Part shown: in pieces, positions 1 to 7,784 of the stretch
How the letters are laid out: every line of letters begins with the position of its first letter
Numbering within the stretch: the stretch's first letter is position 1
From: Candidatus Hodarchaeota archaeon
GTDB lineage: Archaea > Asgardarchaeota > Heimdallarchaeia > Hodarchaeales > Hodarchaeaceae
Length of the DNA stretch: 11,621 nucleotides
Assembly: GCA_029856365.1 (NCBI GenBank)
Contig: JAHQWW010000123.1
Coordinates: forward strand, 1-11,621
Reading direction: 5' to 3'
Translations under genes and position numbers: made by a program
The notes under the pieces: generated by a model
The model's database searches: none
What the model saw: only the letters and a program-made list of their open reading frames with translations
Told to the model about the DNA's origin: nothing

Positions 1-152
1 TAACTAATTTTCCAATTTATGCAAGTTATGTACTTAACCTGCAAGAAAATATGATCTGCATTTATTTACTGTCATTTTGGGTTATAATCATGGGGGGGAT
101 AATGTTTATGCTCACATCTAAACTCTATTATGGGAAATTAAGGATAGGTTAC

Positions 153-317
153 ATGTTAATGGGGCAAGCAGAATGCCCAGAGTGTGGTAGTATCTATGAT
201 CGACCTTTTTTTGGCATAAATCTTGTTACAACTCGAATTGAGCGTTGTCCGCATTGTAACCATTTTCACCGTGTAAAACATTCGATAAAAAAAGAGGATG
301 AAATAGCACTAGAATAA
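153..317 (+). CDS. Small zinc-ribbon protein (CPEC...CPHC)
   Basis: Two CxxC knuckles in MLMGQAECPECGSIYDRPFFGINLVTTRIERCPHCNHFHRVK. ATG at 153 follows purine-rich AGGATAGG; the longer start at 51 is less likely. Confidence 0.65.
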   Translation: MLMGQAECPECGSIYDRPFFGINLVTTRIERCPHCNHFHRVKHSIKKEDEIALE

Positions 318-534
318 AAAATTGATAATCTGATTAATTTCATAACATGGGAGTCCCCTCTCCTAGTATCACTAACTGAGAAACTAGAGGAGCACGAAGG
401 ATCAAAAACAGCCTTCTCGAAAACTTTTGTTCTTATAACATATTTAAAAGAGAATATATGGTTGGATTCCACCAGCAACACGATTTCTATTGAGATTTTA
501 TCTGAAAATGAAATCATATGGATAGGAAATGAAT

Positions 535-660
535 TCAAGATAAAACACGTTTAATCATTAGTTTTGCATCTTCGGGACAACTGGTGACACAAAGACCGCA
601 TCCAAAGCAATAGGTTTGATTGAAGGTCATATCTCCTCCTTCACTTAGTGTTCTAGCCAT
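535..660 (-). pseudogene. 3' remnant of a 4Fe-4S dicluster (ferredoxin-domain) protein
   Basis: MARTLSEGGDMTFNQTYCFGCGLCVTSCPEDA contains one CxxCxxCxxxCP motif. The first cluster motif expected upstream is absent, and the upstream sequence runs into the end of the neighbouring surface-protein gene. Confidence 0.65.
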
Positions 661-676
661 AAATGAGGTAGGAATT

Positions 677-1067
677 TTAGGAGTTATCTCGTTTTTTTCT
701 GAGTGGCACAATGAGAAAAACAGCAAAGCATAGAAGAAACTCGAAGCCAGGAGTGATACTTATTGTAGGTCCAGTATCAGCATCTTTATCAGGATAATAC
801 ATCCCTTTACGAATAAGCAGATTATCGAAAGCAACATATGATTTGAAAAAAAACACCAAAAGCTATCCTTTCCACAGCAGCTAGTTCACTATAATTGGTA
901 ATTACAATGGGATCATGCACTGTGTAACTCTGTGAAATTGATCTGTTTGCTGAAACTAACGAGTCCGATAAACGAATTTGGACTAGAGATAAATTGATAC
1001 TCAGATAAAGCAATAAAACGGCTAAAAGCAAATTAATTTTGGAAGGTCTGTTTTTTCTACTTAACAC
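677..1067 (-). pseudogene. Secreted cell-surface protein with PGF-CTERM-like anchor, frameshifted and probably internally deleted
   Basis: ORF 822-1067 has a GTG start after GAGTGAGGAAAG, a signal peptide and YTVHDPIVITN. ORF 677-859 ends TPGFEFLLCFAVFLIVPLRKKR (PGF + hydrophobic helix + basic tail). Removing one base from the A8/T8 run at 846-853 joins the two frames. Confidence 0.7.
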
Positions 1068-1146
1068 CTTTCCTCACTCATTAAATGCTTTTCTTCTAAA
1101 TAATCTGAAGTATTTCCAAATTTTAGAGCACATTCAAGTATATAAG

Positions 1147-1624
1147 GCCATGTAATAAACAAGAAAATCCAATGTGGGCTGCTATTCCCTTGATGCGAGT
1201 TGTTCAGTTTCAAATCTTCATCTTTATGATTCCATTCATAGCTTCTTCCAATAAATGTTTGTTGATCTTGTGTGATAGAAGGTAGAACCGCAAGTTGGGA
1301 GCATCCTCCTCCAATTAAGTCATTAAAGGTCCAATTCCAGAATGGAACCTTATCAGGGGATATATCAAAATGATCTGCGAATCCTTAAATTTCTTGAGTA
1401 ATCCCAGGACAACATTCTTCACTATAGTCCCATAATTGGGCAAAGCTCTTAAAACCTAACTTTTTCAAGTCAATCTTACCTGAAGTGGCGAATTCCTTCC
1501 CACCAGGTAGTTTATTAATCATTCGACCCATTTGTTGACCTACTTCATATTGAGTACCCTCAAGGAATAGAGAGTGGAAATTTACATTTTGCAAATCGTA
1601 ATTTCTGTTCTCCATTTTGATCAT
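1147..1624 (-). pseudogene. C45-family Ntn-hydrolase (AAT-like peptidase/acyltransferase) pseudogene
   Basis: Translation runs LEGTQYEVGQQMG...CPGITQEI, then an in-frame TAA (1385-1387), then GFAD...GGC^SQLAV (catalytic Cys codon 1301-1303)...GRSYEWN. A frameshift at about 1204 leads into TTRIKGIAAHIGFSCLLHG, after which similarity stops. Confidence 0.8.
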
Positions 1625-1780
1625 CTTGAGTCTCATAACGAAGTCTAAATATATTCTTCTCCAGGCAAAAAAGTATTTGATTCCAGACTTATTCTTTCTT
1701 CTTTTCTTCCTGTTACACATTAGCTATATAAAACTCAAAAATCCTATATTCTCAATTGTATCAAGTTAATTCGGTATTTC

Positions 1781-2821
1781 TCAATCAAAATTAGGATTAT
1801 AAGAAGTTAGAGCATTATCAAGTGTTCTGAGATAGATTCCAGTAATTTTCTCTGTTATTTTCACCAAATATCGTGTATATGGTTGATAGGTTTTTAGAAA
1901 CATCTTTTTAGTAAACTCAGTTTCATTAGTGATTCTAGGATTAATCAATGCACTATAACAACGTAATATGTTATGTAAGACTGAGAGAATCATAAAATAC
2001 TCAATATCATGTACTTTTTCCCAAGAGAAGGATTGGTATAATTCAATAAATTTCTTTGAGGCGTCTTCACCTGTTGAAGATGCTGCTACTATAGTAAAAC
2101 CTAGATCATGCCTGAAGTCACCTAATTTTATGTTTGCCCAATCTATTACAACAATCTTTCCATTTGGAGTAACAATAATATTATTCATGTGGAAATCTCC
2201 ATGTAATAGTGATAATTTTTCACTCCTTACTTTGTTCTTTTCAAACCATTCGATTAGATGACTTAATTCGATGATTTTATTCTCGATTATCATTTTACGA
2301 GGAAAAGATATTAAATTATCAACTAGAATATAAGGATTGGACGCAAGATCAGGTTTTTGAAGATAATCAAAATTGTTCCTCCAATTAAACTTATGAATAT
2401 CAACAAGAACCTGAATAAAGTCACTAAGGAGTTTATTCTTTTCATTTTCAGAAGTAATTTGCCTATAGTAATCAGATAATAACACTCCAGGAACTTTTTT
2501 CATTACTAAGTAGCTTCGGGAAAGAACTGGAGAGGCTTTATTCCATAATAAAGGTTCAGGAACAGAAAAGTTGGCATTAAATAAGGATTTAAGAGTCTTA
2601 AATTCATTTTCAGCACGGTCAGAAAGCTCTCTATATACTCTGAAGATTAAAGGGATTGCTTGACTATCGAGAGAAAGGATGAAACTAAAACTTTCTGTGT
2701 CTGCTCCTTGTAATTTTTGAAAATTATCTAAAAGATATTTCTTTTGATTAGAAAAAAGAACCTTCAATTCAGAAATAAGTTCTTGTTTCAGCTCCTTCGT
2801 AATTTCCATTTTTAAAGCCAA
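1781..2821 (-). CDS. Aminoglycoside phosphotransferase (APH/choline kinase-like) family protein
   Basis: Motifs VPEPL, YLVMKKVPG, LLHGDFHMNN (Brenner motif) and VIDW..GD. Start is TTG at 2821 or ATG at 2809. Confidence 0.9.
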   Translation of the reverse strand: MALKMEITKELKQELISELKVLFSNQKKYLLDNFQKLQGADTESFSFILSLDSQAIPLIFRVYRELSDRAENEFKTLKSLFNANFSVPEPLLWNKASPVLSRSYLVMKKVPGVLLSDYYRQITSENEKNKLLSDFIQVLVDIHKFNWRNNFDYLQKPDLASNPYILVDNLISFPRKMIIENKIIELSHLIEWFEKNKVRSEKLSLLHGDFHMNNIIVTPNGKIVVIDWANIKLGDFRHDLGFTIVAASSTGEDASKKFIELYQSFSWEKVHDIEYFMILSVLHNILRCYSALINPRITNETEFTKKMFLKTYQPYTRYLVKITEKITGIYLRTLDNALTSYNPNFD

Positions 2822-2876
2822 TTCCCTTTACAGAAAGATAGGAAAAATCTTAGTCGTTCAAGTACATTATTTTCAA

Positions 2877-3371
2877 TTAAGCTTCGTTTAATGGCCATGT
2901 TCCTTGAGCGACACGGTTTTTTATAATTTGCCCCATATGGTAGGAATTATGCTGATTTAATATACAATACATTTTCAAGGTTGGTTTGTTCCCAAAGGTT
3001 TTCATAGGTTTACTCAGATCGATTGTCTCAAGAAGAGTATCCGCCTCATTAAAACCTCGTTTGAAATCATCTACTAGCTGTTCCCACATTTTTTCAGATA
3101 GATGTTCCTTTGCTTTTTTAGTTAATTGTTCATTAGCAATTTTATTAGCTTCTTCCCAATCAGCTGATTCATCTTTAATATTTTTTAAGAAAATATCCTG
3201 CCAGACAAACATGTGATAAAGAATTTCATAGGTAGAGAGGGAATTAGCAATAGGTTTCTCAATAGCCTGATCATGGGTTAGACCCTCTAAAGCTTCTAAT
3301 ACGCTTAAGTGAGTATAATCACCAACCATCGATTCCTTAACTATTTTATTAAAAATATCCATGTCTATCAT
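2877..3371 (-). CDS. DinB/YfiT superfamily protein
   Basis: 164 aa with LEGLT..QA, STYEILYHMFVW and HNSYHMGQI; carries the His triad typical of the DinB four-helix fold. Confidence 0.88.
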   Translation of the reverse strand: MIDMDIFNKIVKESMVGDYTHLSVLEALEGLTHDQAIEKPIANSLSTYEILYHMFVWQDIFLKNIKDESADWEEANKIANEQLTKKAKEHLSEKMWEQLVDDFKRGFNEADTLLETIDLSKPMKTFGNKPTLKMYCILNQHNSYHMGQIIKNRVAQGTWPLNEA

Positions 3372-3544
3372 CTGCTTCTATATACATTTCATCTATTTGC
3401 TAGAAATATTATCAGATGCTTATTGTATTTATCACATTTATAAATAAAGTGTTTAATTGCATTTATTGTCATAAAAGAAAAGGGAGAGAGTATCATTTCT
3501 AGTGATGTTCCTCCCTAGGAAAAGCAGCCTTACTTGGGAGATTT

Positions 3545-4567
3545 TTAAGGGAAAGCCATTCCAATCAATTTCAGCATAAGTAAAACACGGAAGGTAACCC
3601 ATTTGTTTTCTTTTCCTTTCTTTCCCCACGAAGAATACATTGTTGATTTTGTGTTTTCCAATATCCATCTCTGGTTTTCAGTTTTTTTGGACAATACAAA
3701 ATTAATACCATCTTGGAGTGATTCAGCTTTCATTCCTAGCTTCAAAAGGTTCGTAATCACTTCTACAACATCATTTCTACCAAAACTTGGACTCGTTAGT
3801 ATATTATTAGGGTGAATTCTATGGTTACGATAGGATCCGAGGGATTTGCTATATTTTCTAACAATATTCCGCTCTAAGACTCCATGTTTCTGATAAAAGT
3901 CCAAGGTTTTCCTCTTTAAATCCTCCACCCTAGTAGTCAAGTAACTATCTGGAACTACGGTTAGGGTACGTAAGAATTGCATTATTCCCACAATACAGCT
4001 ATTTGGGCCATAACAGTGACCTTTTAATCCCTCATACGGCCATTCTTCAGGAGGCTGCCAATCTCCATCATCGAATCGCTGATAACGTGCCTGAATATCA
4101 AACGCGTGTTTCACTCTAGAATCATTCCCAAATCCCCATTTTATTAAAGCCCATACCATATCCGCATTTAAACAGGCTAATTTATCCTTATAAAAGCCTT
4201 GTTCAGGAGTATACATGGTTTCTAGAATATATTTACCAAGTTTTTGGATACGCGAATCTTCTTTTGGGACTCCAGCTTCACAAAGGAACCGTGCTTGCCA
4301 AGTAGTTGCTTTATACTTAGGCAAATATTTTGCATTTACCCAATAGGGATTATGAGTTTTTAACCATTTTTCCTGAAAAAAACCTCCATCCTTATTTTGA
4401 TGATTAAAAATGGCTTTTATGGGTTTTGAGGTTAACATCCCTTCTAGACTTTCTTGCACCTCTGAATCAGAGCTAGGTCTTCCTAAAATATGAACGAGTG
4501 TGTTATACTTAGTTAAGGGATAGGAATCCTCCAATAACCATTCTATTGTGTGTGTAAATTCATCCAT
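3545..4567 (-). CDS. Alpha/alpha-toroid prenyltransferase/terpene-cyclase-repeat-like hypothetical protein
   Basis: 340 aa ORF with IEWLLE, HQNKDGGF, YLPKYKATTWQ and terminal NKWVTFRVL..L; QW-like repeats. Function unknown. Confidence 0.7.
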   Translation of the reverse strand: MDEFTHTIEWLLEDSYPLTKYNTLVHILGRPSSDSEVQESLEGMLTSKPIKAIFNHQNKDGGFFQEKWLKTHNPYWVNAKYLPKYKATTWQARFLCEAGVPKEDSRIQKLGKYILETMYTPEQGFYKDKLACLNADMVWALIKWGFGNDSRVKHAFDIQARYQRFDDGDWQPPEEWPYEGLKGHCYGPNSCIVGIMQFLRTLTVVPDSYLTTRVEDLKRKTLDFYQKHGVLERNIVRKYSKSLGSYRNHRIHPNNILTSPSFGRNDVVEVITNLLKLGMKAESLQDGINFVLSKKTENQRWILENTKSTMYSSWGKKGKENKWVTFRVLLMLKLIGMAFP

Positions 4568-4701
4568 TCAGAGGGTTCTCCATTTATATTCCTTTCTTTG
4601 CTTATCGTGTTTTATGAAAAACGGAAAGAATATTATTGTATCAATCTCTTTTTTAAGATTATCAACTAAGACAAAAGGCATAATATCACCTTAAACAATA
4701 T

Positions 4702-5484
4702 CTAAACTCGTTTTTTTAGAACATGTGCAAATATCTTTGGAAATAACTCACATGTACCAGTTTTCCGTATAATTAATCCTAAATTCCGCCATACTAAATG
4801 ACGAACTTGTTTAATTTCCAGTTTTAGTTGTTGCCCAACCAAATGTTCCACCCATTCAATCCGACATGGGATAGCTGAAGGTGGATCACGATAACCATGA
4901 TCGCTTTCGATCAATATACGTTCCAGAGGAACCCGAGTACGAAACTTCGAGTGTCTAGCGACTGCAGAATGTATAGAAAAGTAACATCCAAGAGCTACGG
5001 CCTCTTGAGTTTGATCTGCGGTTCCAGTCCACCAATGAAGTACAGGTATAGCATTATTTATGTTTTTTTGACGCAATTCTTTAATTACTAGTTCAGTTGC
5101 TCGATAGCTATGGATGCTGATTAAACGTGGGATTTCAGTAACAATTTCTAATATTTTTCTGAAATTCTGGCGTTGTAGGTCAATTGGAACACGTGAACCT
5201 GTATCCAATCCAACTTCTCCAACGATTGCAGCTCTTTCCACCAAGTCATAAAAATGATCTTTATCAAATGTTTTTTGTGCCTCAAGATTGCATGGATGAC
5301 ATCCTACCCCCCATACGATATATGGCTCATTTCGATCAACAACGAGAGTAGATTCGTCAAGAGAAAGGGTCATTGCAAGAACTGCCCCAGTGTCAACCAG
5401 CTCACTAGAAGTTCGAGTTGTTTTGAGGTGAGCATGACTATCGAGTGATGGGAGTTCTTCATTTGTATTTTCGTCAAAGGACAA
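4702..5484 (-). CDS. tatD: TatD-family metal-dependent hydrolase/DNase
   Basis: Motifs DSHAH, GCHP, VGEVGLD, IHS, VLHW, GCYFS and PLERILIESD; TTG start with GGAG upstream. Confidence 0.9.
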   Translation of the reverse strand: MSFDENTNEELPSLDSHAHLKTTRTSSELVDTGAVLAMTLSLDESTLVVDRNEPYIVWGVGCHPCNLEAQKTFDKDHFYDLVERAAIVGEVGLDTGSRVPIDLQRQNFRKILEIVTEIPRLISIHSYRATELVIKELRQKNINNAIPVLHWWTGTADQTQEAVALGCYFSIHSAVARHSKFRTRVPLERILIESDHGYRDPPSAIPCRIEWVEHLVGQQLKLEIKQVRHLVWRNLGLIIRKTGTCELFPKIFAHVLKKRV

Positions 5485-5607
5485 AACTACTACTCCATAA
5501 TAGGTAGTAAAGGATAATATTGGATTAGGTATTAGTTGTTGAATACAAAATTAAAAATTATTCCTATATCAAAAATCCAGAACTGATATCGTTGGGTACA
5601 TTAACAC

Positions 5608-5623
5608 CGTTTTATATAAAACG
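5608..5623. repeat. Perfect 16-bp palindrome CGTTTTATATAAAACG
   Basis: Self-complementary sequence in the intergenic region between the MFS remnant and tatD; AT core resembles a TATA box. Confidence 0.6.
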
Positions 5624-5658
5624 TTATAGTGTATATACTTGATTTTTCACCATTAGAA

Positions 5659-6445
5659 TTAAATCTCTTCATAGAGTCTCTGGTAAACCTTGGAAATCTT
5701 TCCCTCTCTCTGGAGACGTGCAATGTATTCTTTTTCTTTTTGTAGGTGTATCTTGCCCAATTCTGCTTTTTTAGCGATCCACTCTTTCCCATCCAGTTTA
5801 TACCATTTCAGCAGCGCGATTGCACTGATTATGAAAAATATCGCAGGAACTAACGTGTATCCCAGCTGTATCCCAAAAAGCGCCGAATCCGTTTGTATAG
5901 ATTCTGTGTTATCAAATCCGAATCCACTGATAATCAGCAAGAACAGTGCATTAGCGATGGAGATCGCTGGTTTCGTAATCAACGCGTTCATGCCAGCGTA
6001 AGTCGTTTCCCGTCTCTTACCAGTCAATATTTCATCGTAATCCATTACATCGGCCAATAACGGAGTCCATATCAATGTGATTGGGGCGAAACCTATTCCA
6101 ACCACTGCAAGACTTAACATCACTGGAATCAATCTGCTCCCGAAGAAAAATAGCAACACCAGGCCGGTACTCGCTAGCATCAACCCAGCAATATAAACCT
6201 GTTTTAAACCCCGCCGTTTCACCATCCTATCTGCAAGGAAACTAAACCCAAGCTAGAGAGATCCATTCCTCACTTAAACCTAATTTAATATTGTAATAAA
6301 ATGTGATTGCGGAACCAAGAGCAATACCGCTAAGAATACCACTAGAAGCTTGAGATAAACCATAGGCTATTTTTGACTTAAAGGGTAAAGACTCATCGAA
6401 ATTAACAGTGAGCTCATTTTTCCCGTTTTCTTCCATGCCTGTCAT
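5659..6445 (-). pseudogene. GPH/MelB-like MFS transporter with large out-of-frame internal deletion
   Basis: N-terminal fragment (KIAYG...ITFYYNIKLGLSEEWISLAWV*) abuts a C-terminal fragment in another frame (GFSFLADRMVKRRG...LLADVMDYDEILTGKRRETTYAG...) at about 6240-6252. The central helices, including the usual NDP motif, are missing. Confidence 0.85.
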
Positions 6446-6610
6446 CTTGGATATTCTTTTAACTAATAGTAAAATGGCTTTAAAAAATAAGAATTAAAGA
6501 TTATCGTGGGAATTATCATCAAAGTTGAAAAACCAGTGAGAATATGTTTTTTATTTACATCACACTCATTTTTAACTTGTATCTACTATTTATGTTGCTC
6601 TTGGTGTTAA

Positions 6611-7351
6611 TTAGGAAGTATGAGTTAAATCTCTTCTAATTAAATCTAGGATTGATGAAATTAGAATCTCCTTAGTTAATTTTACTCTAGCTAAAGCATA
6701 TTGTTCCAATTTAAACCTGTCAATCACCCCTGAAATCATCATAAAAATAAAATGAACTAATTGATCTGGATTTAATGTATGTGCAATAGATTTATCAGAA
6801 AATCCTTTTTCGATTGCTTTTTCCCAATTCTTCTCAAAATTCCTCATTCCTTCTAAATACCTTACTAAAACAGCTGAAGTTTGGTCTAAGTCATTAATTT
6901 TCTTCTTTCCTGATTCTAGTTCCCTTATAATAACATGTGCTGGTATTTTTGCTTGATTATTTATTAGGAGATAACGACGAGTAATTTCATGCATGAGTGA
7001 TGCTTCTATCTGGGTTCTTAATAGATCTTCACTTAAAATCATGATCTGTTCTAATCCTGAATGACCTGATCCCATCAGATCTTCTTGTTTGTCGGTAAGC
7101 TCTTTTAGACATTTAATCCCAATTTCAAAATAAATTGATTCTTTATTATCAAAATGGTTGTATAGGGTAGCTCTACTCAAATCCGCGTACTCTGAGATAT
7201 CTTCCATTTTCACTTCTTCGTATTGATTTTTTTCAAATAATTGTTTTGCTGACTCAAGAATTAGATTACGAGTTTTTAGAATTTTACGTTCTCTTCTTGA
7301 TAATTTTTTGCCATGTGCTACTCTAGATGCTGTTATACTATTATTTACCAT
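6611..7351 (-). CDS. TetR/AcrR family transcriptional regulator
   Basis: N-terminal TRNLILESAKQLF...MEDISEYADLSRATLYNHFDNKESI helix-turn-helix signature. Confidence 0.93.
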   Translation of the reverse strand: MVNNSITASRVAHGKKLSRRERKILKTRNLILESAKQLFEKNQYEEVKMEDISEYADLSRATLYNHFDNKESIYFEIGIKCLKELTDKQEDLMGSGHSGLEQIMILSEDLLRTQIEASLMHEITRRYLLINNQAKIPAHVIIRELESGKKKINDLDQTSAVLVRYLEGMRNFEKNWEKAIEKGFSDKSIAHTLNPDQLVHFIFMMISGVIDRFKLEQYALARVKLTKEILISSILDLIRRDLTHTS

Positions 7352-7371
7352 TAAAATGTCTCCAATAAAAT

Positions 7372-7400
7372 AGTAAAACTAATGATTTAAAAGTTTTACT
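7372..7400. promoter_or_regulatory. Inverted repeat AGTAAAACT-N11-AGTTTTACT over the putative TetR promoter
   Basis: Perfect 9-bp arms (7372-7380, 7392-7400); the spacer contains TTTAAA; 21 nt upstream of the tetR start. Confidence 0.45.
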
Positions 7401-7423
7401 CTAAGTATATTTTTTTATCCCAT

Positions 7424-7440
7424 GTAGAAGAATTTATAAA
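7424..7440 (+). promoter_or_regulatory. Putative archaeal BRE/TATA box for the HTH-ABC operon
   Basis: Purine-rich GTAGAAGAA followed by TTTATAAA (7433-7440), about 50 nt upstream of the first gene. Confidence 0.5.
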
Positions 7441-7459
7441 GATAAACATTTCATCTATA

Positions 7460-7478
7460 ATTAGACAGGAAGTCTAAT
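7460..7478. promoter_or_regulatory. Putative operator ATTAGAC-N5-GTCTAAT
   Basis: Perfect 7-bp inverted repeat about 20-38 nt downstream of the TATA box, where the transcription start is expected; adjacent to a divergent TetR gene. Confidence 0.55.
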
Positions 7479-7488
7479 GATTAATTAG

Positions 7489-7734
7489 GTGAAAAAAATG
7501 TTAGAACAGAATCATGTAGATATTTTGGTTAGTTTGCCTCCATCTGCTCTGAAGATTTACAGAATTATTGAATCGAAGAAAAAAGTTAGAATCTGTGAGA
7601 TTGAGAAAAATACTAGTTATTCACTGAGAACAATTCGAAATGCTCTTCGTATTCTACGTAATACAAATCTAATTACCAGAATTCCTAACATACACGATAT
7701 GCGTCGTCTTTATTATGCTCCAAAGAGGATTTAA
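7489..7734 (+). CDS. Small winged-helix (MarR-like) archaeal transcriptional regulator
   Basis: LPPSALKIY...EI...T.YSLRTIRNALRIL...P..HDMRRLYY pattern. Start is GTG 7489 or ATG 7498. Confidence 0.8.
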   Translation: MKKMLEQNHVDILVSLPPSALKIYRIIESKKKVRICEIEKNTSYSLRTIRNALRILRNTNLITRIPNIHDMRRLYYAPKRI

Positions 7735-7784
7735 TGAAGAAATTGAGGAGATTATAATTAAAGAAAGAATTAGAAAGTGAAAAT

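Noticed and set aside
266-538. 90-aa minus-strand ORF
   Set aside because: S/F/I-rich antisense shadow overlapping the zinc-ribbon gene; no motifs.
315-1387. TAA recoding suggested by two in-frame TAA codons followed by open frame
   Set aside because: TAA clearly terminates many intact genes here (DinB, toroid protein, TetR, ABC genes, methyltransferase), and the C45 gene has additional lesions.
3545-4567. Nitrogenase NifH label that I recall being attached to similar proteins
   Set aside because: No P-loop or NifH Fe-S motifs in the translation.
879-6256. CTAGCT just upstream of both internal-deletion junctions (879-884 and 6251-6256), a possible IS target or recombination site
   Set aside because: Only 6 bp, encodes Leu-Ala in both genes, exact breakpoints are unknown, and it is absent at the other junctions.
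3384-7458. 13-bp match ACATTTCATCTAT at 3384-3396 and 7446-7458
   Set aside because: Matches of this length are expected by chance in AT-rich 11.6 kb, and the positions relative to genes are inconsistent.
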